NCBI GenBank assembly: GCA_002633005.1
Contig: NMRA01000783.1
Span: forward strand, 84,004-148,003
Source: Phoronis australis
Lineage: Eukaryota > Animalia > Phoronida
DNA length: 64,000 nt
Direction: 5' to 3'
The notes beneath the pieces are model-generated. The model ran no database searches, was not told the DNA's origin, and was given only the letters and a program-made list of their open reading frames with translations. The position numbers and the translations under genes are program-made. Below are positions 27,001-37,280 of the stretch, in pieces (within the stretch, counting starts at the first letter, position 1; each line of letters starts with the position of its first letter).

Positions 27001-30000
27001 AATTTGCCACGTGTTGATAGATCCATACCTCTGTATACATTAACACATGTAGGTTAATATTTTTTTTGAACATTGATGTTATCAAATTGCCACTTTCCAT
27101 TTTGTCAACGACAGCTGCAGTTACTTGAAATAGGCAACTCGATGTTCACTAGGTGGCGCCAATAAACAAATGGGGCTCTTTTTGACATCGGAATAGCAGA
27201 AAACAGTTCGTCACGGGAACATTTGTGTGATAAGGCTCCCATGGGATTTACCTGAATGAATGGTATTTCTTCAGAAAGGCCCCTCTTTCTTCTTTTCTGA
27301 TGCCCAGTGAATTTTGAGTCCCCCATTCCAACAAGTGTTGCTTTGGTGACAGTTATGCGGTACAGACTGTGCTGAGAATAAATAAGTGTAATTTTTACTT
27401 TTCACTTTTCCACCGTAACGTGTAATGAATTAAAGTTGTTTCGTTTCGTTTCGTTTTGAATAGACTTTTCTGTGTAATAAGTGTTCTGTTGTTGTGCCTT
27501 ACTTTATATGTATTGGGTGTCAGACTGCAGTAGCTCAGTCTGCATAGTGTGCCACAGGAGGTCCAGTTCTTAGATTTTTTTGTTCCTGTTGTCTATTCTG
27601 AACTTAATACCCTTCTCAACTTTCGGTAGTTACTAAAACTAGTTTAATTAATGGTTTACTAATCAATTCACGGCACTGATTTCTGGGCGTGTTGTTCTCC
27701 ATGGAGGCAGCTGAGTAACTTGAATACAATCTGTCCGTGATGTTGGATGAGCCTCGCTGTGCTCATACAAAATTTGTGACGTCCAAATTTAGTTGGAATC
27801 AATCATTAGAGTATGTACTCTGCTGCTGCGTCCATTATGCACGAGAGGGCGATATTTGATCTGACCTTACGTTATGACGAGAGTAGTAATACTGGCAAGG
27901 TTTCACTGCTTTTGTTCATTGATTTGTCTGCCAAGTCTGATGCAGTATTTTCAAGTTCTGTTGGCCCTGATGGAGCACAACAGCATCAAAAGTCAAGGAC
28001 AGATTGTACTTTAAGCAAGATACTATGTTTGAAGCATGTTTTGGAAGGTTGGAGAAATCGCTGGATTCACTTCTTTTAATTCCGTATGAACTCTTGCACG
28101 CTTTTTATTCTGAACGTCTCACTCTTCCGGGCAGGGCTGGGTTGCACGAAACTTGAAACCTTATTCGCTGTTTGTTTAAGTCTGGATTGTTGAATGACAT
28201 CAAACACCTTGTTCAGCACGTGCAACGTGACACATGATGATGATGCAGTTGTTGCTATACTGTGTAGAACTTTTATGCGTCCAGTCTCGCGTCTTTAGTT
28301 TCCCCTTGAAAGTTCCCGTGCTGTTTTGTAGGGAAACAGCCCAGTAAGTGCATTACCTGAATAGTCATTTTATTAGGTGTATTCTGTTAAGTAAAATTTG
28401 GACAGCAGTGTTCTCCACTACACGAAAATTCAATTTCGACAGGAATTACAAAATTGATGTCCGTGCTTGAAAAGTGAGGTGTTCATACTGTGGAGAGTTT
28501 GTATGTGATCTGGTACCAGAAGTCCAAAATGTCCTAACTTGCGTAAGAAACGGGTAATATTCTCCCAATAATTGCATGGGTTTTCAAATTCGATACAAAT
28601 AAGCCAGACTCATAACAATAAAATTTAAACTCGAGTCGGTGATGAGTAAAGACAAGTTGTGGTGTATTGAAGATTACCAGTCTGCTTATTTTCTGTCTAC
28701 TTGCATTTTCTGCTTCATTTTACTTGTCGCACATTCTAATTCTATACATCCAAATATCAAAATCCCAAAACTTTTATTTAGTTAATTAAATTAAATTTAG
28801 TGCACTTGTGAAACGTGAACAGTCAGTGTTTTGATGTGGTGTGACAATTACTAGGTTATCAACAGCTTAGTTACCCACAATTCCTCTATGAGGTAGTTGT
28901 TTTAGGTCAAAGCTCTGACTACACATCACATGATCACATCCGGGTCACGATCAACGAGCATTTAGTGTTTGTTGGTGCATAGTACATAAACAAAAGCATA
29001 GTAGTTCCCTTAAAGTTTGTTTTTTTTTCGGCAGTTTTGTGACAGGTTTCCAGATTTTTGGTTGGGAATCTTAAAATGGGATTATGCTTCAGGTTCTGTG
29101 AAACTTGGGGTGGGATTAGCATCTTTCTTTTAAAATACTCAAGATAAGAAATGTAAGTCATTGACAGTGTCTAATGTGTAGTGGTAGTTGTTGAACTCAC
29201 TGGCTGTCAGTGTTAGGTTACTTGGCTACAATATTCCTGGCAATTAACTTCGTATTTTCAAATGTAGATGTCGGAATTTGGAGATTAGGATTACCCTTTA
29301 AATTGAAAGCAAATGGGAATCTGGTAAAGTATCGCCAATTTTGTAGACAACATGAAGGACAAGTGATTTTTTCATGAAGTTTAAGTTATTCGTTCGGTAT
29401 CATAGCTGCCGTCATTTTTTTTTAGAAATAATGAGCTCAGTATTCTCAAGAGGGTTAGAAAGCTTTTGAAAATTAAAAAGGTGATTTTTGATTGAAATTG
29501 GTGAGATTTTAACGTTCACTAGAGTTGGTTTCGTCAATATTTCATTTGCTTACAACTCGGCATATGCACCTTCACCGGATGAACTCTCCACCTCCTTTCT
29601 GCTGACAGTTTATTTCCTAAGAAACCCCAAGTGTTGATTACTGCGTTAATATTTAGCTGTTCATTTCAGGTGGTGAAGACGTTGTGCTTTCTTATGAATC
29701 TGTCGTCCAACAAGACTGTAAGTCTTTATTACCCGACTGATACTGGTTATTTGAAACCTTTCGTTGTTGGTTGACCTGTTTGTGTTGTATAGTGATTTTA
29801 AAAACTGTATTTCACCAAGCCTGACTGATAGGTGGCATTGGGCATTTTGTCTCTTGTAACTCTCCACTAGATGAGAGATTGGTTAAAACAAATCTTGATT
29901 TGTTTCGATTTTATTAAAGTTGGTTCTTATTATTGTCAAGTTGGCGCACTATTATTGAAAAGGATAAGTGATAATATGCTGTGAAAAACAACAGTCAGTA

Positions 30001-33000
30001 GACAGCTACATTTTACTGTAACTTAAAGGGGCAGAAACCCACACCTGTCGAAAAAAAAATTGTTTTAGGCCTATTACTATTTCGCAGTCAGCCTCACTTT
30101 TGTTCCAAATTCAGATAAGAAGTGATTTATTAACTTGAAAATACGGCAATTGCTTATTGGTTCATTAAATTTTTAGTGACACTGGATGAAAGCTTGAATA
30201 AGCTTCATTCAGTGAGGCAGTATGGCCCTCAAAGGAATTCCATGTGATTGTATCATTTACTTCAGACATTGCCTCTTGGTGATTAGCTTTACAGCTGTTG
30301 TTGGGTGGAGAATCGACAAATGTACCGAGAATTCAAGAGAACGTACATCAAAATTTTAGACATACAACACTCATGTGTTTGAGCAATTCTGCATCCTAGA
30401 GTGACTTTTGCTGAACTACTCTGACTTGAGGCAAAGAGTAAGAACTCAATGACAATGTTTTGGAAGTGCAAATACGTCTGTCACGAAAGTTGAGTCGTCT
30501 GTTGCCATTTCAGTAAAGTATACTCGTCCTGTGATCGTGCTGGGGCCATTGAAGGACAGGATTAACGATGACCTGATTTCCGAGTTCCCCGACAAGTTTG
30601 GTAGCTGTGTTCCTCGTAAGTAGCAGAGTCTGTGTGTGGCCTAATCTCAGTTGTAACCCGTGAGTAGCAAACGACCAAATACAATACATTGAATACATGG
30701 TAAACTAGTTCTGCACTCAAACAGTCCGAGCACCCCAACACCATTGGAAAAAGGCAGTTTAGGTGGAGATGTGAGTTGTCAAGTACAAGAATTTCTGGAT
30801 ATCATGTTTATTGGTGAAGAAACAGAATTTTCAAGTTTTGTGTTTGCGGAAGTTGCACTATTCGCCATAAAAACATGATTTTTTGGAAAACCACAGTTCA
30901 CATAATAACAAGTGTCTAGGCACTAATTTTGCACCCGTCATGTTTTATTTTTTGCCTAAGAATTATTTGAAAGTATAAGGTTAAGTGATATAATTTATTT
31001 GGAAAATGTTTGAACAAATGGAGCTCTGGGTAGTGAAGCTAGTCAGTTTTTGGTAGCTGTTGGAATGCACCTCACAGAGTAAAGTGGTTAAGTGACAGAC
31101 GTGAAATTGGTTTATACCCGAGTTCCTAAAATCTTATGAACCCTGATAGTAAACGCACAAGACTGCAGAAACTATTACACTCCATTAGGCCAAGCTAGTG
31201 CGCGGACCAGCTCTCATCACGGCTAGTGTTTTATTGATCGTGGATCCGAGGGATTTTTTTCAGGCACACTGTGCTGTTCAAGTTGTTGGTACCCCTCATA
31301 AGTTCAGTACAGGTGGTCAAGAGTCCCTTTAAATTCACTCTCTTTTCAATACGAATTCACACTTTATGAACTCTCAGAACTAGCATGTGTTATTTGCATG
31401 TTTCCTCGGTCACACTCAAGTCTTTGTCTGATATTGCTAAAATTTTAAGAATCACTAAAATAGGACGAAGTCTCTTGGACAGCACAGAAATTTTTGTCTG
31501 GTAGGGTAAGGAGGTGCCATCTGTTGTTAGCTAGAGAAACAAAACTGTGTTTTGATGTGGCGTTATTGTCTATCACAGTGAATAGCCTTGCCTATACTCA
31601 GGGACAATGTTACTCAAAAGCAATATAGAATCGCGCCTCAAATCTGAAAGGTTTCCGATTAATTAATTCTGAAATTTTTTCTGATTCCCACCTCTACCTA
31701 TTACTAGCGAGTATGTGTTTCTTCTCAGATACAACCCGGCCGAAGCGAGATTACGAGCAAGACGGGCGCGACTACCACTTTGTGGAGTCGCGGGAACAGA
31801 TGGAGCGTGACATCGCCAATCACTTATTTATTGAGGCAGGACAATACAATGATAACTTATACGGAACAAGTGTGGCTTCTGTTAAGGAGGTGGCAGAAAA
31901 GGTTAGTCTTAAATTAATATTCCTGGGCTCAGCAGCTCCAGCAGTGAGTGCTTATTGATCCAGCTGTTAAAAGTGCAAAATTCGTGTCTTGTCAATTTGT
32001 GATTTGATTCCATAGCATGACGGCGTGTTGTTCTCAAGACGCAGTACTGGAGTTTTCTCTCATTTTTGTAATGACATTGCTTATCCAAGGTGAATGTCTA
32101 CAACATCTATTAAGAGAGAGAATAGTCCCCACTAATGTCTCTGAACATGACCAGTTTGTAAGTAAAAAGTGTAGGTGGTCTGACCCAAGCTGCTTAGTAA
32201 AACCCATTGGCACAAAATAGCTGAAGCCATTTTCATTTAATGATATACACAAATTACACTCAAAGACTGACGCATACACAAATTAAGACTGAGCTGAGGT
32301 GCTAAATACCTGACTCAAGGGTCTAGCACTGGGGTCCAGTGGGATTGCAATCCGTGACACTCGACCCACTATGCCACACTACCTCCTCTCGCACAGTTAA
32401 TAGTTCTCCGCATGGACTGTTATAGCATATTTCTGAAACTGTTGTTTTGGTAGTAGTTAAACATGATGCTACATATTGTGTTGCAGGGGAAACACTGCAT
32501 TCTAGACGTGTCTGGCAACGCCATCAAGAGGCTCCAGGTGGCGCAGCTCTATCCCATCGCCATATTTATCAAGCCGAAATCAGTAGACGGCATCATGTAT
32601 GTACAGCTGTGTGGCCAGTATTAAAGTGATTAATTATCTCTGACCGCGTTGAGGAGGATACTTATGCAGTGGTAGCACTGTAGTGTTAAAACGAAAAAAA
32701 GGTTACTCGCATTTATTTGGTTTGTTGTATGTTGAAGAAAAGTTGACGGTCATTGTGTGGGCCGATGATTAGCTGAGATTGTAGTGAGTGAAAACTATAA
32801 TCGTAAAATAGATTTAAACAAAACTGCTATAGGTGAATGCAATCTTGTCAAATGGTCTTGATTAGTTGTACACGTGCTGATTGTCAAGTAGAGAGTAAAT
32901 TTGTCATCTTAAAAATCACTCGAAAGTTATAATTCTAGTTAGTACCAGTTTCTTCTCGTTTCATGTCAATGTTGATTTTAGTTTTTCCCACAATTTTGGA

Positions 33001-34771
33001 ATTAACTGAGTACTAAGATTAAGACACGACTTGTGATCAATCACGGGGTGGATCCAAGTTGGGGGAAACGGAACTTGTGTCCCTCTTGACGTTCATGCAT
33101 CATTGGAGTTAAGCTTATGTAGGGTCTTTAACATTGTCCAGATTTGGCTGACTTCAGAACATCGTGTCTTAGAAATGGTTGGTCGGGTTCACTTGAAACC
33201 TGCTGTTATGCTTTAATCACTGTTATCCAATGCAGTGTTACGAATTATTTTGAAAATGTTCCACGTTGGTATGAGGGCTGTCAAAAACAGGACTTTCATA
33301 ATTAAGAAAACTGCAACATCGTTTTTGCGATGTCATCTTGAACATTTATATCCAATGGAATTCAGTTGTGTTATTGACATGTTTTCTTTTCTATACTTTT
33401 CCTTTCTACTGACTTTCCCTAAAAAGACATCATCAAAGTAATTTAAAAAATATAAATACTTTTACTTGGATTTATACTATCAGTTAGCAGATATTCGGCT
33501 GAAGGAAGACTGTTGATAATTAAAGTCCTACATAACATTCATTCTCAACTGCCAGAGGTACAATGTCGTAAGGAGGGGCAACCTCAATTTTCGCAGGAAA
33601 ACACGCATAATCCCTAAAATCGGCTTGTCAACGGGGTTTGTTTATTGTTGTTGGTCAGATCCATACCCNCATTTTGTCATCTCAGTTTTACTCCAACAAT
33701 CCCATTTTCAAGGTTAGAATCACCTGCACATGTTCAGCCCAGACTGATATGGCTTGTACATCGACTTGAGACTAATTATTATGTAATTATCCTCTGTTGG
33801 TATAGGGAAATGAACAAACGGACTACCGAGGAACAAGCCAAAAAGACGTTTGAACGTGCTGTTAAATTAGAGCAGGAATTTGGAGAATATTTTACAGGTA
33901 AGATTTTGATTCTGTGGTTTACAAGAAGAGACACAGTAAGGAGTGTACAGAGTAGTGGCCTGTAGTTGAAGGAAGTCCGTAGCATTTTGCAAAGTGCACT
34001 TCAAGGCCGACTTGTGTTGGAATATATAGTTTTTGCAATTTGTTAACGTGAGCATATGCATGTGAGGTGCAAAACATGACATTGATGAAGAGGGGTCAAA
34101 GTTTCTTCTCATAGACTGAAGCAGTTTTAACTGTCAGCAGGAATTGAGAGATTCCCTGTAATGCAATGAAAAAGTCCAATTTTGGAAGAGCTGGCCAGCC
34201 TTTTTTTGAAGGTGGTTGCTATATGACATGTCTTCTGTTTGTATATACCAGCCCTGAATGATCTGTTGTATGTTGAAACTCGGTTGTTGCCATAGCATGG
34301 GCACTTAAGCAACCAAGATTGTATTTTGCAGTTTAAACAGTCAATTAGAAACTAGTGTCCTTTAAAATGGGAGCAGTGCACAATTATTTTGAAGCTAGGT
34401 GCAGGTCCATCTTTGAAAATCATTGTTTTTGTCCACCTTTCTCGGTTCTTTATGCAGCAAGTTAGCGTCAGACCATGATAAAAGTGCAAACCAAACGGAG
34501 GCACTGAGAGCTATACCGGTAAGATTTCCTAGCACCAACTTGACTTATTTTGTTGTGTTAAGTTTTGTTTATTGACTTGACCACGTTTGCACTGTGTGGA
34601 AGTTAGATGAAAGACTGGACAGTAGTCAGAACCCGTCTTCACACATTTACGTTTCTCTTTGCAGCGGTAGTCACAGCCGATACCGCTGATGAGTATTATG
34701 CAAAAGTAAAAGAAGTGATACGGGACCAGTCGGGGCCTACTATCTGGGTGCCAGCCAAGGATAAGCTGTAA
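26..34771 (+). CDS. dlg1: Discs large 1 (DLG1/SAP97-like MAGUK), whole spliced gene: 21 coding exons, ~810 aa (L27-PDZ1-PDZ2-PDZ3-SH3-HOOK-GK)
   Basis: Manually joined GT-AG exons with matching phases total 2433 nt (811 codons including the stop) when one PDZ3 exon copy is used. Motifs: [21 protein letters not shown] (L27), GLGFSIAGG twice and GLGFNIVGG (PDZ), ALFDYD..WW (SH3), [10 protein letters not shown] and GKHCILDVS (GK), [10 protein letters not shown]-terminus. Confidence 0.97.
3582..3713 (+). CDS. dlg1: DLG1 exon, L27 domain N-part ([44 protein letters not shown])
   Basis: tttcaag|AT...CTTG|gtaagt; typical DLG L27 sequence. Confidence 0.95.
6183..6310 (+). CDS. dlg1: DLG1 exon, L27 C-part ([32 protein letters not shown]...)
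   Basis: ttttcag|AT...GAT|gtaagt; DIQEFYE motif. Confidence 0.95.
6317..6515. repeat. Polypyrimidine (C/T) low-complexity tract
   Basis: ~200 nt of almost pure C/T directly after the 6310 splice donor. Confidence 0.85.
8264..8371 (+). CDS. dlg1: DLG1 exon, proline-rich linker ([19 protein letters not shown]...PEQ)
   Basis: cacag|AAA...CAA|gtaagt; phase 0-0, 108 nt, open frame. Confidence 0.85.
9201..9257 (+). CDS. dlg1: DLG1 exon leading into PDZ1 ([19 protein letters not shown])
   Basis: cacag|GAT...AGA|gtaagt; equivalent of the EYEEITLER motif. Confidence 0.9.
9807..9931 (+). CDS. dlg1: DLG1 exon, PDZ1 ([41 protein letters not shown])
   Basis: GLGF loop; ctacag|...AG|gtaaca. Confidence 0.97.
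10168..10215. repeat. Degenerate CA/CACC microsatellite
   Basis: acacccacacgcgcacacacacccacccacttacccacacacac. Confidence 0.7.
10718..10887 (+). CDS. dlg1: DLG1 exon, PDZ1 end and PDZ2 start ([10 protein letters not shown]...EILLVKGSK)
   Basis: tatag|A...AAAG|gtatcg; within ORF 10623..10904. Confidence 0.96.
11348..11484 (+). CDS. dlg1: DLG1 exon, PDZ2 ([32 protein letters not shown]...IGDRIIS)
   Basis: ttgcag|GC...TCT|gtaagt. Confidence 0.97.
12281..12428 (+). CDS. dlg1: DLG1 exon, PDZ2 end ([32 protein letters not shown]...)
   Basis: ttctag|GTG...A|gtaggt; this phase-1 donor was chosen to match the next exon. Confidence 0.93.
12792..12852 (+). CDS. dlg1: DLG1 linker exon ([21 protein letters not shown])
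   Basis: tttcag|GT...CG|gtaaac; bridges phase 1 to phase 2, as the PDZ3 exon requires. Confidence 0.85.
13278..13931 (+). mobile_element. Non-autonomous Helentron-type element (HINE/DINE-1-like)
   Basis: 5' T-run, then ATGCGCCCAC..GTGGGCGCAT inverted repeat, GTCC/GTCT microsatellite and a TTCATAAAATTTGGCAC core. The 3' end has subTIR GTGGGCGAAT, hairpin CAATGC-TCT-GCATTG and CTTGTT. Confidence 0.75.
15798..15862. repeat. 32-bp tandem duplication (2 copies)
   Basis: acacgaaggctgttggt(t/c)atatttatgaaaac x2. Confidence 0.85.
17914..18070 (+). CDS. dlg1: DLG1 exon, PDZ3 N-part, copy 1 ([35 protein letters not shown]...DQILS)
   Basis: ttgcag|G...TCG|gtaggt. Confidence 0.95.
18274..18430 (+). 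CDS. dlg1: DLG1 exon, PDZ3 N-part, copy 2 (identical coding sequence; probable assembly duplication)
   Basis: 360-bp tandem duplicate with a single N at the junction (18186). Confidence 0.6.
18820..18922 (+). CDS. dlg1: DLG1 exon, PDZ3 C-part ([34 protein letters not shown])
   Basis: ttccag|GTA...G|gtatgg. Confidence 0.97.
20727..20916. other. Assembly gap (N run)
   Basis: 190 Ns. Confidence 1.
22077..22378. repeat. Minisatellite, ~69-bp unit, ~4 copies
   Basis: Recurring unit gaagtgataactagg(c/t)aataagccacagaccattcaaacccatagcccagccctacatgttaccattat. Confidence 0.9.
23045..23228 (-). mobile_element. tRNA-derived SINE copy (diverged)
   Basis: Homologous to 46205-46393 (cattatatcca..tcattcc..tacatt..gacacctttgt..gccaggatt..ggtctcccagacggg..gagctc..cacactg). 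Confidence 0.8.
23338..23497. repeat. Degenerate ~62-bp tandem repeat, ~2.5 copies
   Basis: Recurring tttga(a/c)gc(a/g)tttt..tgagt..ctg.tggttt motif. Confidence 0.7.
24529..24634 (+). CDS. dlg1: DLG1 exon ([36 protein letters not shown])
   Basis: caacag|AG...AG|gtgggt; conserved PDZ3-SH3 linker. Confidence 0.97.
25015..25258 (+). CDS. dlg1: DLG1 exon, SH3 and HOOK start ([18 protein letters not shown]...DDEWWQAR...[11 protein letters not shown]...ADK)
   Basis: ttgcag|G...AAG|gtaggt. Confidence 0.97.
25850..25958 (+). CDS. dlg1: DLG1 exon, HOOK I3-like insert ([36 protein letters not shown])
   Basis: ttgcag|ATG...G|gttggt; resembles the basic I3 (protein 4.1-binding) insert DKRKKNLFSRKFPF. 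Confidence 0.92.
26626..26655 (+). CDS. dlg1: Candidate 30-nt DLG1 alternative microexon ([10 protein letters not shown])
   Basis: Strong pyrimidine tract, then ctag|CC...CACA|gtaagt; phase 1-1, open frame, in the HOOK region. Confidence 0.55.
28332..28343 (+). CDS. dlg1: Candidate 12-nt DLG1 alternative microexon (GKQP)
   Basis: gtgctgttttgtag|GGAAACAGCCCA|gtaagt; phase 1-1, open frame. Confidence 0.5.
29670..29717 (+). CDS. dlg1: DLG1 exon ([16 protein letters not shown])
   Basis: tttcag|GT...T|gtaagt; VLSYE motif. Confidence 0.95.
30514..30615 (+). CDS. dlg1: DLG1 exon, GK start ([34 protein letters not shown])
   Basis: tttcag|TA...C|gtaagt. Confidence 0.97.
31729..31901 (+). CDS. dlg1: DLG1 exon, GK ([19 protein letters not shown]...[14 protein letters not shown])
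   Basis: tctcag|AT...AAG|gttagt. Confidence 0.97.
32487..32596 (+). CDS. dlg1: DLG1 exon, GK ([36 protein letters not shown])
   Basis: ttgcag|GGG...AT|gtatgt. Confidence 0.97.
33806..33897 (+). CDS. dlg1: DLG1 exon, GK ([30 protein letters not shown])
   Basis: tatag|G...G|gtaaga. Confidence 0.97.
34665..34771 (+). CDS. dlg1: DLG1 last coding exon ([35 protein letters not shown])
   Basis: ttgcag|CG...TAA; conserved DLG C-terminus. Confidence 0.97.
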
Positions 34772-35384
34772 AATGGACAGAAACTAGTTTTGCCAAACTT
34801 CCTCAAGCATCTGGTCTTGCTAAATTTGAATTGTATTTCATAGTTTTATTGTTTTTTTCTCTTCCGTGATAGTGTTTATAATGTATCATGTCTACAAGAA
34901 TATGTGTTCTATTAATGCATGTAAGGACTATTGTATCCAATTACAAGTAAACAATTGAGTATTAAAATCATGGGTATAATGTTTTACAACCATGTTCATT
35001 CTGATTTCCCCCCGAGGCGAATGTAAATTTCGTGTTGTATAAGGTGTTAGGTTGTAGTTAATTGACATTACCTTAAAGAGGGCTAAGTAGTAAAAATATA
35101 CAGATTTATTAGGAAGTGGTATTTATTGCCACGTGTCTTTTATGTTACAGCGAGTTGTGATTGGAACTTTACTGTCTTATGGTCTGAATGGAAGGTCTGC
35201 CCAGGAAGAGTGTAATTGGTGTAAATATAGCAAGCTCCTGGCTCAAGACCAATATTCTGACTTCAGGCATTTTACTAGGAAATGTAAAAAACATTGGCAG
35301 TACTAGTAAAAAATGATGTATATTTGCACTTCTTGTGAGTGCCTGAAGAAGACGTGTATCTGTCAATCTTTATTCCTGGTCTGT

Positions 35385-35390
35385 AATAAA
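35385..35390 (+). terminator. Candidate DLG1 polyadenylation signal AATAAA (a second lies at 35548-35553)
   Basis: AATAAA ~610 nt after the stop, within an AT-rich 3'UTR-like stretch. Confidence 0.4.
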
Positions 35391-37002
35391 GTGATATTTC
35401 TACTGCAGTGGATCGTGTGATTACTTTTGACAAGCTTGTCTCCTCACTGGACATCATAGAGGTATATGGACAATGTAAAAATTCGAACTGCATAACATCC
35501 AATGATGCACCCACAGCCACATGTTTAGAAGGGAGGTAAATTATGAAAATAAATTTCCAATTGTCCAATGACGTTGCTGATTTTTATGAGTACCGTAGCG
35601 TCAAGACCTGCCGCCCAGGTAGATGATGAATGAGAATGTATCAAAAACGTACAATAGTGTTGCAGAAATTAAGTTTGGCAAGCTTAAAGACATAAGGTAA
35701 ACTGTATGCGATACATGTACATGGGCGGCGCAGCACTGAAAAAAGTGAGGGCTAAAGCCCCCCNTATGAGCGACGTAGCCCTGAAAAAAGTGGGGCACTA
35801 TAGGTCACATCAACACCGTATGTCTCCTAAAACGTCCAAGAGTCCAGATATTCGCTTATTGCATATTCTTGAATATTGAGCCGAAGAGGACTAAAGGTAT
35901 CTACAAGTACACTAAGGTGATCCAGTAGAACGCTCTATTGTGCGGGGGTATTGCGCAACCCTCGTCCCCATGATACCCGGTATCATGGGGTCGAGGCTCT
36001 CTCAATCGTGCCACGACATTCGGTCACTGTTCATGTACTGTGAAAACTAACATTGCTACCGAAAACTGAACTCGGGAAATTAAATGCTTGTGACCAAATT
36101 ATTAAAATTTTTGAATTGCTTTGGTAAATCGGGAATTTATCATCAATGAAAATCTTAGAGTGGGAACAGAATGAAACTTGATGTATACATATAACCTGTG
36201 TCCTCACTAAGGACAGATTTAATTTCACGACACTGACTACGTGGATATTTTTGTCGACCACTAATTTTCCTGGCGTGGGCTGGGCTTGCCAAACCCGCCG
36301 CTTGAAGTCGGTTTCTGTTGTCATTTTATTGGAGACGTGAAACGTTCACCAACCTTTTGTGCTGAACGACTCGAAAATACACTGAATTGCAAGTTAGCTT
36401 AGACAATGCAAATCAGCCCGTTTTGTTATGGAATTCGGTGTTTTGTTCGTGGCATACCAGACGATCCTTTGTACGAAGTGGCCCGCTACAGTGGTAGAAA
36501 ATCCACAGTTTTGCATGTACTTGGATTGTGGCTTACCATTTGCAGAAACATCATAATCGCATGAACGAAATCTCTAGGCTCGGGTTTCTCATGCCATTAC
36601 AAATGCAAATTCACAGTTGATACAATATTTGTCAATTTCTGTAAGGTGTTATATCGTGTACATTACTACAAATAAAAAGATGAGCTCCTGCAGCAAGACT
36701 CCCGCCAAACCCTAGCCTATTATTTTGTAAACGGTATTTCAAGTTAAGGCATTAGAAATAGTTTTCTCGAGCGTAAAATCGTACAGATATATACAAATGT
36801 ACATCGAGGATTTTTTGCAAACGATAACGTAGTATACGGCAACTGGTGAATAATGTACTGAATGAACGGAGCTGTCCTAGGACACGAAATGTACTACATT
36901 TCATAAAACGTGCTAACTAAGATAACAATGAAAGATGTTTCGGGTTGTTATTATTTATTACGATATTCACCATGATTACACGTAAATATCTCCACCATTT
37001 AT

Positions 37003-37280
37003 TTATTTGGTGTTACTTGCTTTGAACCCGGTCGGTCTCATCATCATACAGGCTCTCTTCAGTGAGTAGAAGTGACCTTTAAAATGCCACCAGTTGATTC
37101 CGTTTGCTACCGACTGCTCCGCTTTCTCTTTGCCATAATACTGACCGTTGAGGTTGGAGTAATGACAGTTAGTGTACCACCAGGCACCTTTACGTAAATC
37201 CGCACAATTACCGGAATGAACGTCGTTATCTCTGTCCTTCGTAGTAAAGGGACGGCCGTTATGAGGCGTCAGAGAATCGC
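37003..37280 (-). CDS. FReD gene A exon 6 ([20 protein letters not shown]...[19 protein letters not shown]...[20 protein letters not shown])
   Basis: FBG P-domain motifs; tttcag acceptor. Confidence 0.95.
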
